Source: a virus
DNA length: 64,000 nt
IMG/VR virus record: IMGVR_UViG_3300017613_000793
Coordinates: 5,195-69,194 of that record
Direction: 5' to 3' (one strand)
The notes beneath the pieces are model-generated. The model saw only the letters and a list, made by a program, of their open reading frames with translations, had not been told where the DNA came from and did no database searches. The number at the start of each line of letters is the position of its first letter. The stretch's first letter is position 1. The translations under genes and the position numbers were made by a program. This document shows positions 45,628 through 55,204 of the stretch, one piece after another.

Positions 45628-46068
45628 TTACTCCACACTAAAAAATATAATGTCTAACATTATTACAAAGATTGCTTTAGGCCACCTGTTACCTGAATCT
45701 GTTTCAATCACGCTAATATCTGTTGTGTATGCTTCACCACCACGACTTCTGTCAGCAACAACAGCATCCTTCACAGCCTCACTAAACGTGTTCAATTTGG
45801 TTCCAAGGTTTTCCATCACACCGTCAACCTCTTCTCCCCACACACCACCAACTAAGCCCACCATGAATGTGTTCTTAGTGATGTCCTTTAACATCTTCAC
45901 CTTGTCAACCCTAGCATCATTAATGAACATAAATGGATACCTATCCTTTGTAATGCTCTGGTCATAAACCCTCTGCCAATCCACAAAACCAATACCACTT
46001 ACAGCATTGATTGCAGTCTCTAAGTTTAACAAGATTGCTTCCTTTGTTCCTCTCTTATATAATGTCAT
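45628..46068 (-). CDS. Tail terminator/completion-like protein (second copy)
   Basis: Similar size and pattern to the neighbouring gene. Confidence 0.6.
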   Translation of the reverse strand: MTLYKRGTKEAILLNLETAINAVSGIGFVDWQRVYDQSITKDRYPFMFINDARVDKVKMLKDITKNTFMVGLVGGVWGEEVDGVMENLGTKLNTFSEAVKDAVVADRSRGGEAYTTDISVIETDSGNRWPKAIFVIMLDIIFFSVE

Positions 46069-46550
46069 GGTTTTTTCTGCCTCATAATCTTATCAAGCAT
46101 GGCATACTGTTGGCGTTCCCACCAGTCCATCTTAGGCTTGATATATCTCTCTGTCTGCTCAATCATTTTGTAAGCCTTAGTTCCTGGATGCCTTACTTTA
46201 TGTGCATGAACCTCTTTTCCCATCCATTGGAACCGTAAAGGCCAACTGCCTGTTGACTTTATAACATGTGGTCTGGTTCCTTCCTCAAAAAACAATATGA
46301 TTTGGTTTGGCTGGTAAGTGTTCTCAATAATAAACACCTGTCTAGTCTTCTGTCTGCTTTCCTTTATTTCCCACATAGACCGAATGTCTGTTCCTGTCGT
46401 AGTATCTGGTGTCCGTTTCTGTATCATATCCAAGGCAATCTCTGCAACCTGCTTTGCCGTCACTTTAGCATAAGGCATAAGCTTTAAAATCATGCGGTCA
46501 ACCTTTGCTTTCCACAGCGAATAGTCAACATGCATTCTAGTTTTTGCCAT
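46065..46550 (-). CDS. HK97 gp10-like neck/tail-completion protein
   Basis: TP..TG.....W, EEGTRPHVI, V.HPGT motifs. Confidence 0.75.
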   Translation of the reverse strand: MAKTRMHVDYSLWKAKVDRMILKLMPYAKVTAKQVAEIALDMIQKRTPDTTTGTDIRSMWEIKESRQKTRQVFIIENTYQPNQIILFFEEGTRPHVIKSTGSWPLRFQWMGKEVHAHKVRHPGTKAYKMIEQTERYIKPKMDWWERQQYAMLDKIMRQKKP

Positions 46551-46554
46551 AGTT

Positions 46555-47244
46555 CTACCTTGAATAAATCATAGCTTTAACTCTCAAAGCCTCATCAAAT
46601 TCATCCTTCTTATCCTGCACAAAAAGTCTTAGTTCAGTTGATGGATATGTCACATGCCCACCTTCCCTAAGCTGTCCACCAAGATTGCTTCTCTTTAAAG
46701 CAACTTGGCTTAACGATTTCCATGCCGTGCCAACCACCTGCATCTCTTCAAAGTCATCCGGTAAACTCTTCAATGTCCACTTAGTCCGGTCTACAGATTT
46801 ATAAAAATAATTTATTCCATCCTCTGATGGAGCCGGGTCAATTTTTAGCTTCCGGTTTATTGGGTCATACTCATGCTGAACCCTTGGAAGCCCCCTCATC
46901 TTTCTCATCATCTTAATTTTCCAAAGAGATGGAAATTCAAAATCACTTACAATGCCACCAGAGTATTGTGCTACCACAGATGTTTGACCAAAATCAAACT
47001 CATCCTGTATTGCGTCCCATGGAAAAATCTGTTGAACTCTTAACACATCAGAGGGTACAGCATACTCCCTTTCATCTGCTTCAGAAGTAATATATCTCAC
47101 CGTCTTCACGGTTATCTTCTCACCCATAATCTTCAGTATCTTCTGACCGTATCGGATTATATCCGGGTCATCTACTTCATCCATTGCAACTGTGATTTTA
47201 CCACACTCAGCACGGACAGCATCAATCAACTCTTGTTCTGTCAT
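46555..47244 (-). CDS. Head-tail adaptor/neck protein
   Basis: REY.VP.D, L.IDPAP, LP.DF motifs; first gene of the neck module. Confidence 0.65.
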   Translation of the reverse strand: MTEQELIDAVRAECGKITVAMDEVDDPDIIRYGQKILKIMGEKITVKTVRYITSEADEREYAVPSDVLRVQQIFPWDAIQDEFDFGQTSVVAQYSGGIVSDFEFPSLWKIKMMRKMRGLPRVQHEYDPINRKLKIDPAPSEDGINYFYKSVDRTKWTLKSLPDDFEEMQVVGTAWKSLSQVALKRSNLGGQLREGGHVTYPSTELRLFVQDKKDEFDEALRVKAMIYSR

Positions 47245-47375
47245 GCTTGCTCCTTTTGACAACCAACAATGTTTTCTCTTGCTTTGGATAAATCACATGT
47301 TCCTTTCCATATGCATCCTTTTTGTATATATCTATTTCTAGTTTATTTTTAATGACCTGCTTAACAAGCCTTATA

Positions 47376-47624
47376 TTACTTTGGTCCATAATCTTTAAAT
47401 GTCCTGAACACTCCTGGAGCCTTACCGGACTCAATAGCATTTTTAAACAGCACATCAATCTCCTCAATCAATGCATTCCGTTGGTTGTTCAACACATTGA
47501 TTTTCAACTTGGCTCTACCCACAGTCTCCAATTCAGAAACCGGGTCATGAGCAATATCTTCAGTGTGATAAATCTTCAGATTCACCACCGTCAACTTGTC
47601 AATCAGACTACCTATTGTTTCCAT
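47376..47624 (-). CDS. DUF4254-like protein
   Basis: ETIGSLIDKL...NLKIYH and LN.QRN.LIEEID motifs. Confidence 0.65.
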   Translation of the reverse strand: METIGSLIDKLTVVNLKIYHTEDIAHDPVSELETVGRAKLKINVLNNQRNALIEEIDVLFKNAIESGKAPGVFRTFKDYGPK

Positions 47625-47892
47625 TTTTCTTCCTTATTTTATTTACTCCCAAACCAGCCAATATCAAAATGGTTGGAAGCAATGGTGATACAATTACAAC
47701 CCAATCTTTTGCTTCAGCTTTAAAAACAATATACCAATGCTCACCATCTTTGTCTTCTCCTATATACACAAGTTCTGCACTGGCAACTTCTTGAACACCT
47801 GGCTTTTTATTAAATGTGTTAAACACTAAACAAACTGCCACAGCTACTGACATGATAATCAATGTCCAAGCAATTCCTGTTTTTAATTCCAT
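47608..47892 (-). CDS. Small membrane protein
   Basis: Two hydrophobic segments. Confidence 0.55.
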   Translation of the reverse strand: MELKTGIAWTLIIMSVAVAVCLVFNTFNKKPGVQEVASAELVYIGEDKDGEHWYIVFKAEAKDWVVIVSPLLPTILILAGLGVNKIRKKNGNNR

Positions 47893-49145
47893 TATCTTTT
47901 TTGATACAACATCACCACTCTTGGTGATGGTGTCATTGGTGCACTGTCCACCAACTTAAAGTATTTCTTAAACGCCCTTAAAAAGTTAGCATGTGTGTAC
48001 CAGGGTTTGTCCACTCCAAATTTATTAACCCTACCTGTCAAACATTTGTCTGTATCAGGTATCCATTCAATCATCAAATACTTTCCTGTAAATCCTGCAA
48101 GCTGTTCTGCTAATTGGTCAAATGTAACCCCTCTGAAATAACATAGGTGGTGCACCAATGCTATGCACAAAACCAAGTCACATCTTAATCTATCTTGTAC
48201 TATCTTGTGATTTGAGTAGGCTTCATACTTGTTCATAACACTTAAATGTCCACAAGTCACTGGAAGCTTTTCCTGTTTTATCTGGTTGTAAAACCCCTCA
48301 ATAACTTCTTCATCAACATCAACTGCCACAACCTTTTTAACACCATTAGCAAGCATACACCTTGTGAACACTCCACGGCTTGCTCCTATGTCAAGCACTG
48401 TGTCCACACTGTCGTGTAAATGTTTTTGAAACATATGGGTTGCATCCCCATACTTGCTTTTATGTGTTTCAGGTTTTGTCACATCCATACCTTTTGGAAG
48501 TGCCTGAGAATATCTGGACCACTGTGTTTTTCGGTCACTTGGCTCAAGCTCTTTAACCATCTTAATACTCTCTGTGTACAACTGGTCAGGGTCTGTATAT
48601 TTATACACAAGATTCTCCAACGTGGCTTTTGTGATATTCATCCAAAGCCCCCAACCCTGGAAAGCCCTTCTCCTACCCAACCAAAATTGTTCTGCCAACC
48701 TTGTTACATCTGGAAGGTCAGGATGAATAGAATCATAGTCATAATATATTGGCCTGTAATCTTTAAAGGTCACATTGTTTATATGTGGGTCATGTAGACT
48801 AAACCCATGTTTCCTTAAAAGTCTCTGTAGCTTCAGGACCATTATGACTGCATCCTTCTTCTGTTGAAACGTCCACTCCTGAATATGTGTCTGATGACTA
48901 AACCGCTCATGCTTCAGAATGTAGTGCCCAAAACTTGTTTCACCAAGAAACTCTGTTTTTATAAGACCAATCTTTTCCAACTGTGGTGTGAGTTCTTTTA
49001 ACAAATCCATCTTTGGTATTAGCTTTGGTGTGTATATAACTCTGTAGATTTCACCATCTACTTCACCAACCAGACCCCACCGCACAGAACCACTCATGTT
49101 CTTTGCTCTTAATATTGACTCTATATCATTTAGTGACATAACCAT
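47892..49145 (-). CDS. Kinase-like/SAM-methyltransferase fusion (NoeA-like)
   Basis: N-terminal EWTF.Q.KDA, D.H..NV.F, YYD..S; C-terminal VLDIGASRG, ALVHHL, IEWIP..D. Confidence 0.8.
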   Translation of the reverse strand: MVMSLNDIESILRAKNMSGSVRWGLVGEVDGEIYRVIYTPKLIPKMDLLKELTPQLEKIGLIKTEFLGETSFGHYILKHERFSHQTHIQEWTFQQKKDAVIMVLKLQRLLRKHGFSLHDPHINNVTFKDYRPIYYDYDSIHPDLPDVTRLAEQFWLGRRRAFQGWGLWMNITKATLENLVYKYTDPDQLYTESIKMVKELEPSDRKTQWSRYSQALPKGMDVTKPETHKSKYGDATHMFQKHLHDSVDTVLDIGASRGVFTRCMLANGVKKVVAVDVDEEVIEGFYNQIKQEKLPVTCGHLSVMNKYEAYSNHKIVQDRLRCDLVLCIALVHHLCYFRGVTFDQLAEQLAGFTGKYLMIEWIPDTDKCLTGRVNKFGVDKPWYTHANFLRAFKKYFKLVDSAPMTPSPRVVMLYQKR

Positions 49146-49923
49146 TGCTACTCAACAAAAAATCCAATTTACTTTTAACCTTTTTCTTCTCTGCTCCACT
49201 CACCCACTTGTGCCACTTATCCGACTTTGGAAACTGGAGCTTAGTTTTGTGCATGAATCCACCTAACATCTGTAGTCCTTCGTTCTGTCCACGCTCAACA
49301 ATCTTTTCAATCTCTGGTTTTTCTAATGGTACTCCAAAATGACTGTATACTTTATCAAGCCACGGCACAGGTTCAGTTATCAAGTCCTCATACCTCATCA
49401 CAATTGCCCTTTTCTTGAGTGCCTTTTGAGCAGTCTTCAAATGCCCCCACCATTCTATATACAGGTCACACATGTCATTGATACCAACTACTTTACCAAG
49501 CTGTTCGTATACCTTCTTCCCTTTTGGGTTATTCCTATATTGAAACATAGCAGAAGCAATGGTGTCGTATGGATGTCTATGCATCAAAATCACCTTGCTC
49601 TCCGGGAACATTCCCTGTGTAATCTCTAGTATATATGGAGCCAACCATGGATGCTTCAGCACCAAAGTGTCTTTCTTTGTAGTCTTCATTAGCTCACCAT
49701 AGTGAGCCTTAATAAAAGCATTGACTCCAACATTAAAACACTTGTTGTAATCTGCTCCAAACATCTCCTTGTATTGCTTCTTCCACCGGGCACATCTGGT
49801 CACCAAATGGAATAAATGGTTTGGCTCTGCATACCCAGTTTCAATCCTGGGGTTTGCCCTCATATAACTCAGGAACATTGTTGAACCTGTTCTTGGAAAG
49901 CTGAAATGAAAATTAATGTTCAT
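49126..49923 (-). CDS. Sulfotransferase family protein
   Basis: PRTGST, RHPYDTIAS, RYEDL...P motifs. Confidence 0.85.
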   Translation of the reverse strand: MNINFHFSFPRTGSTMFLSYMRANPRIETGYAEPNHLFHLVTRCARWKKQYKEMFGADYNKCFNVGVNAFIKAHYGELMKTTKKDTLVLKHPWLAPYILEITQGMFPESKVILMHRHPYDTIASAMFQYRNNPKGKKVYEQLGKVVGINDMCDLYIEWWGHLKTAQKALKKRAIVMRYEDLITEPVPWLDKVYSHFGVPLEKPEIEKIVERGQNEGLQMLGGFMHKTKLQFPKSDKWHKWVSGAEKKKVKSKLDFLLSSNGYVTK

Positions 49924-49925
49924 AA

Positions 49926-50585
49926 CTAATCCTTTCTTACACACACCCACAACTCACGCCTCTTTCCGTATATAGCAACTTTCTTCACAGGCTTAAACCC
50001 AAACCTATCCAGTGCTTGATTCAACCAACCTTCTGATGGAATAACATTTATCCAACTTCTGTGCTCTTCCCTGATTCCAATACCTAACTTACCAACATCA
50101 ACCCACATTTCCAAAACCAAAAGCTGTTTAGTGATGTCACAGATGTCTTTCAATTGCCGTCCATATCTAAACATTGGAAAGTGATGAATTACACCTAAAC
50201 ACAATGTAATATCAAAGCCACCCCACAATGCTTCAAATGTCTGTCCACTTGTCTCCAGAAAGTCTATCTTTTCAAACCATAATTTATCATCTAAAATGCC
50301 CAACTGTTCTTTGGCTTTCTCTGCAACTTCCAACAGCCATTGCACATTGTCAATCCCCACAACAAACTCTGCTCCAAGCTCCACTGCTTCTATAGCTCCA
50401 TAACCTTCTGATGTTCCAATATCCAGAACTTTTTTTCCTTCAAAATTTACATACTTCTCAATGATGTCCCACTTCTGTGTAGCATTCTTATGTTGTTCAT
50501 TCATAATAGGATATGGCTCACCACGGACCCCATTCCTTATTGGTTCAAATATTTTTGTGTGTCTCATTCTTCCCCTCTTGTACAT
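49926..50585 (-). CDS. Class I SAM-dependent methyltransferase
   Basis: GKKVLDIGTSEG, FDITLCLGVIHH motifs. Confidence 0.85.
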   Translation of the reverse strand: MYKRGRMRHTKIFEPIRNGVRGEPYPIMNEQHKNATQKWDIIEKYVNFEGKKVLDIGTSEGYGAIEAVELGAEFVVGIDNVQWLLEVAEKAKEQLGILDDKLWFEKIDFLETSGQTFEALWGGFDITLCLGVIHHFPMFRYGRQLKDICDITKQLLVLEMWVDVGKLGIGIREEHRSWINVIPSEGWLNQALDRFGFKPVKKVAIYGKRRELWVCVRKD

Positions 50586-51337
50586 AGTATATTTCTAAAT
50601 GGCAACCCTTGCTCTTTGTATTCAATCACCCAATCTAAGTTGTCATCTGTAATCAATCCAAGTGTTTTGGTTCCATGTAGAATCATCCACACATCAAAAC
50701 CAAACTCCCTCAACATATTATAGAAGTCCTTTAAGTCATAATTTGCATTGTCAAAATTCTCTTGTGAGAACTCTGCCATAACTACAACATCCGGGTTATC
50801 TTCAATGACTCTCTGCATACCCAACAACACCATAACCTCATTGCCCTCTGTGTCTATCTTTACAAAATCAACCCGGTCACCTGATTCAAAGTAGCTGTCC
50901 AAGCTGACCTGTTGTACATTCTGAAAGCTTGTTGTTTCACCTATCTCAAACAAGCTGTGGTGTCCACCATTGTTTCCAGTCAAATGTAGCTTAACAAGTT
51001 CAGACTCAGCATTGCTTACTGCCCTACGCTCAATTTTTGTATTGGTCAGATTGTTAAGTGCAACGTTCTGCCCAAGGTATAAAAAGTTGTGTGTCTCAGG
51101 TTCAAATGCAACTACCTGTCCTTCCTGTCCAACCCAATGTGACATCAGCAAAGTCCAATATCCAATGTGTGCTCCAACATCAACTGCAACATGCCCACGC
51201 TCTACAAATCTCTGACACACTATTGACTCTATTGGTTCCCACACACCATGCTTCCAAAGCCTTTTGGATAATACATCCTCATTGCTCTGCAACCACATAT
51301 CAAACTTACCTATTCTTTTCTGTCTTTCAAACTCCAC
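50564..51337 (-). CDS. FkbM-family methyltransferase
   Basis: DVGAHIG, AFEP, KIDTEG.E motifs. Confidence 0.9.
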   Translation of the reverse strand: MEFERQKRIGKFDMWLQSNEDVLSKRLWKHGVWEPIESIVCQRFVERGHVAVDVGAHIGYWTLLMSHWVGQEGQVVAFEPETHNFLYLGQNVALNNLTNTKIERRAVSNAESELVKLHLTGNNGGHHSLFEIGETTSFQNVQQVSLDSYFESGDRVDFVKIDTEGNEVMVLLGMQRVIEDNPDVVVMAEFSQENFDNANYDLKDFYNMLREFGFDVWMILHGTKTLGLITDDNLDWVIEYKEQGLPFRNILCTRGEE

Positions 51338-52082
51338 GTATATACTCCATTTGTTCTTTTATTTTTCCCGGCTTGGTAATCTCCGGGTCATTTCCCCACC
51401 ACGTCTTCATGATTCTCATATCAATAGTGGGCTTACCTATAAGCCTATGTAGTGACAACCTGTGTGAACCTTGGACCACATGTTCCTTATCCAGTGCAAA
51501 CCAAATAGGCTCATCCATCCACGGCTTGTAATCACGTCTTAAATCTCTCACTCTCTGATGATACTCAGGTTCTCTCTTTTCAATTAAAGGCCACAAGTCA
51601 TTCCACATAGAATGAGCAATTGGAACATCTGATACCACCACATCTTCAGGAAGCTTCATAAAGTCTGAAGCAACTGTATAAGGAATCCTTTCCATACGTT
51701 CTGCCAATAGAAGATTTCTCCACGTCCCTGTGTAGTGTTTCTGTATAATCTTGAACCCCATGTCCTTCAATCTCAATGTCAAACGCCTGAGAGTAATTGG
51801 TGTGTACCCTGCAATCCGTGAAGGCTTCTCTCCAAAGGAATGTTCATTCTTTGGTGTCTCTTTAAATTTGACTTCAATGTATAAAAAACGTCCAGCACAA
51901 TAAGCTAATTTTGCTAACCACTCTTCATACTCAACATGGTCTTTTGCAAAGTGCAACACATTTGGACACACCACAGAATCAAATCTCATGAACTCTGATA
52001 TTGCAGGTCTAAACCTCTGCAGGTCTGCTGTATTTGTTACTGTTAGGACTTTGCCCATGGTTCCCTCACTTTGGTTTCCCAA
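51327..52082 (-). CDS. Hypothetical protein (methyltransferase remnant plus ParB-like G.HR motif)
   Basis: FDSVVCPNVLH; VVQGSHRL. Confidence 0.5.
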   Translation of the reverse strand: MGNQSEGTMGKVLTVTNTADLQRFRPAISEFMRFDSVVCPNVLHFAKDHVEYEEWLAKLAYCAGRFLYIEVKFKETPKNEHSFGEKPSRIAGYTPITLRRLTLRLKDMGFKIIQKHYTGTWRNLLLAERMERIPYTVASDFMKLPEDVVVSDVPIAHSMWNDLWPLIEKREPEYHQRVRDLRRDYKPWMDEPIWFALDKEHVVQGSHRLSLHRLIGKPTIDMRIMKTWWGNDPEITKPGKIKEQMEYIRGV

Positions 52083-53926
52083 TCTGGATTTAATTTCTTC
52101 ACAGCATTCACCGTGTTTAATACATTACGTTCTTCATATGGATTAAAGTTCCATATCTTCTTGAATGCTTCAACACCCTTGCTCCATTCCCGGTCCTGCT
52201 TCTGTCTATCAAAAGCTTTAAACACCGCTCCATGCTTGTGGTAAAACGTGGTTGCATAGGTCTTAACAATGTCATGTCCTGATAACCGTATTCTTAACAA
52301 ATGGTCCTCATCTGCCTGATACCTGGGAGCAAGATTTCTAAATGGTCCAATTTCCTCAATACATTCCATACTCACCAACAATGCTGAATAATCCCCGGCA
52401 ATCATTATCTGAATTGGCTTCTCAGCATTATACACTTTATCCTGAAAATGTAATTGGTCTGTTTCATGTTTGTTGACAACCTGCCCGGTCACTGCGTATG
52501 CTTTCCGTCTCTGAATTGTGTCAACCAGAGTATCTATATATGTGGAACTCAGTATAATGTCATTGTTGCACAACAACACATAATCATACCCTTCTGCCCA
52601 TGCCTTCTTCATTGCAAGGTTCCACGCTTCAGGCACGTTCATGGACCTGGACAAAAAGTCCACATTATTGTCCAGAAGCCATTCCTGTGTACCGTCCTCA
52701 CTCTCATTATCTATCACAAAGATGTCATAGTCATGCTTGCTTCTTACAGAATCAATACACTGCTTTGTTAAGTCCAAAAAGTTATACGTCAATATATTAA
52801 CAAGAACCTTCTTTGACTCTAACATCTGCTCATTTATTGATGTCAAAACTATTTCCGGGTCTATATTTAAACACTGAGGACTCCGTGTGGTTTCCTTCTC
52901 CTGCATGTTCCGTCCTGGTAAGCACTTGAGTGTCCACCAACATCTGCTACGTTCTCCAATTGGACACGGTATCTGAACACAAGAAACCTTCTCATAATCC
53001 TCAACCCAAATCTCACCATCTACACTTCCGCACACCATCACTGCTCTCTTCTTCAAAGCACCTGCAAGATGATATACATAACTGTTTGGAGATACCACAA
53101 TATCACATTGCTCAACAATGGCTCCTAATTGCTCCATGTTAAATTCATATTTATCATCTATCTTTCTATCAAGTATTACAAACTGTGGTCCATCTTCCGG
53201 GAAAAGTCCCATAAGCTTTTCCATATGTGGATATGTCCGACTTACATTGGAACCATCCAACTGTAATCCAATTACTGGCCTATCCTTATCATAATCCTGT
53301 GCAACCAACCACTCTTGTGCCCACACTTTTTCATCATTAGTCACCACATAGGTTGGTGTTTTATTCTCCAGGAATAACCCCATTTGCTCCAAATATATTG
53401 AAGCCCTATTCTTGATAACTTTACCATCACGCTCAAAGTCTTTAGTTTCAACACGGAACTCAAGATTGTTTACGTCAATCTTAATGTCCGGCACAGCTTT
53501 CAACATTGCTTCCTGGCCTGTGTAAACCCGGTCAACATATGGGTTGTGTTTCAGGATTCTCTCATAACCCTTTTTAACAGCGAACCACACTTCAACATCT
53601 TCTCCATATTTGTACTTGAGTGCTTTAGCTATTACAGAAGCCATGAGGACATCACCACGTCCGTTCATGTCTCTGATTATACCTACAGAAAACTTCCCTT
53701 TCTTCTTATGTGCAAAATCAAATGAACCTCTTGCCATAATGCTATCTGGATGAATAAAATATTTAGGGTCTATATTGAACCGCTTTATTAATTCATCTGA
53801 TACAAATTGCCCTGGTTTGAATTTCATTGTTACATTTCCTTTTGAATAAAGTTGGCTTGGAATATTAGACCGCATTCTTCTACCAGACACTGTTGCACCA
53901 CGCATAAATTTCATTCTTTCTCCCAT
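52043..53926 (-). CDS. GT9 (heptosyltransferase-like) and GT2 glycosyltransferase fusion
   Basis: GDVLM, NPYVD, HLAGAL (GT9); DNESEDGT, NNDI, DED (GT2). Confidence 0.88.
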   Translation of the reverse strand: MGERMKFMRGATVSGRRMRSNIPSQLYSKGNVTMKFKPGQFVSDELIKRFNIDPKYFIHPDSIMARGSFDFAHKKKGKFSVGIIRDMNGRGDVLMASVIAKALKYKYGEDVEVWFAVKKGYERILKHNPYVDRVYTGQEAMLKAVPDIKIDVNNLEFRVETKDFERDGKVIKNRASIYLEQMGLFLENKTPTYVVTNDEKVWAQEWLVAQDYDKDRPVIGLQLDGSNVSRTYPHMEKLMGLFPEDGPQFVILDRKIDDKYEFNMEQLGAIVEQCDIVVSPNSYVYHLAGALKKRAVMVCGSVDGEIWVEDYEKVSCVQIPCPIGERSRCWWTLKCLPGRNMQEKETTRSPQCLNIDPEIVLTSINEQMLESKKVLVNILTYNFLDLTKQCIDSVRSKHDYDIFVIDNESEDGTQEWLLDNNVDFLSRSMNVPEAWNLAMKKAWAEGYDYVLLCNNDIILSSTYIDTLVDTIQRRKAYAVTGQVVNKHETDQLHFQDKVYNAEKPIQIMIAGDYSALLVSMECIEEIGPFRNLAPRYQADEDHLLRIRLSGHDIVKTYATTFYHKHGAVFKAFDRQKQDREWSKGVEAFKKIWNFNPYEERNVLNTVNAVKKLNPDWETKVREPWAKS

Positions 53927-54096
53927 TTATATGGTGGTAATTGTTCTTCATCCATATTGTATTTTTTGGTTGTCCGGCAAATCATACACCGCTTAAATCC
54001 CATACGCCTTGTGTCACCCGGTATATTCTTACACGGTCCTTCATAATGCCCCCATTTACATTCACTATCACTTTGGTGTATCAATCTTGTTTCCAA
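53911..54096 (-). CDS. Small Cys-containing hypothetical protein
   Basis: Overlaps both neighbours in operon fashion. Confidence 0.45.
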   Translation of the reverse strand: METRLIHQSDSECKWGHYEGPCKNIPGDTRRMGFKRCMICRTTKKYNMDEEQLPPYKWEKE

Positions 54097-55121
54097 TACT
54101 TCATTATTGAAGGTCTCAGAGCTTCATATACATCCTCTGATTTTACACTGGTAAAACAGGTAACTTTATTCTCACACTCAACCGCTCTTTCAAAACACGG
54201 CTTACATTTTATCCACTCATTCAACTTCAGTGCTGTTACATCCGTCTTAAACAATGGATGTAAGCTCAACCGCTCTTCAGGTCTACTAGGACCAAGGACG
54301 GCTGTCAAAGGTGTTTTAGTAAAGTGTGAAACCCATACTGGTGAACTATCCATACTGATTACCATCTTTGCATCTTTTATAATGCTGAATAGCTCCGGGA
54401 TAGTCTGATTCATAAATCTAAAATCTGCATCCCCTTCAAGGTCTATCTTCCCACCTATATATACAACATTTATATCCTCAAGGTTTAAGAAGTGGATTAT
54501 GTCCTGCACCACGTGCTTTGGCAATCCCCTCTTCTCTGTATTTCCCATTCCTTGGAATACAATATACTTGTCAAACTTAACCGGGTTATCCGGGAAACCT
54601 ATCAGTGGCATATGCCAATCTGGAGTGTATCCCCATTTCAACCCAACTGCTCTACTATAAATTTCAACCCTATGCATCTTCTGCATCTTAGGGTCATGAT
54701 GGTCCTTTTCAACCACTTGGTCAAGCATTAAACCTGGGGTCTTCCTCAGCCTATTATGAGTATCAACTTCAATACCAAGTAGCTCTAATATTTCCTTATA
54801 CTGTGGGAGCGTCCTGATATATGGACTGTACCCCAACGAACTAATTTGTCTGAGCACTGGAACCAACATTAACGTGTCGCCCAATGAAAACGTTCTCTCA
54901 AGATAGAATCTATGCGTATCTGCTTCGTCCATCTCTTTTATAAATGGATGCTTCAATTTGGTGAGCACTCCATGGTATCCACCATTCAATAAGCTCACAT
55001 CTACAAAAGCATCAGGAGCAACTGTTACTGAACCGCTTGCTCTACGGTACGAAAAAATCTGATTAATACCTGTCTTATTTGTTTGGAATAAATCCCACAT
55101 CTTTTTTTGTCTTCTCCACAA
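54081..55121 (-). CDS. GT9 (ADP-heptose:LPS heptosyltransferase-like) glycosyltransferase
   Basis: SLGDTLM..P, SMDSSPVWVS, LGPS, C.PC....C motifs. Confidence 0.85.
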   Translation of the reverse strand: MWRRQKKMWDLFQTNKTGINQIFSYRRASGSVTVAPDAFVDVSLLNGGYHGVLTKLKHPFIKEMDEADTHRFYLERTFSLGDTLMLVPVLRQISSLGYSPYIRTLPQYKEILELLGIEVDTHNRLRKTPGLMLDQVVEKDHHDPKMQKMHRVEIYSRAVGLKWGYTPDWHMPLIGFPDNPVKFDKYIVFQGMGNTEKRGLPKHVVQDIIHFLNLEDINVVYIGGKIDLEGDADFRFMNQTIPELFSIIKDAKMVISMDSSPVWVSHFTKTPLTAVLGPSRPEERLSLHPLFKTDVTALKLNEWIKCKPCFERAVECENKVTCFTSVKSEDVYEALRPSIMKYWKQD

Positions 55122-55153
55122 GTTTCATTTCTTCCTTTTTAAAATAAATCTCA

Positions 55154-55180
55154 GTGGGACCGGAGATTGTCCAGTCCCAC
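55154..55180 (-). terminator. Rho-independent terminator after the major capsid gene
   Basis: GUGGGACUGGA/UCCGGUCCCAC hairpin followed by a U-rich tract. Confidence 0.7.
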
Positions 55181-55204
55181 CAAGAGGGTATACCATATCA
55201 AGCG

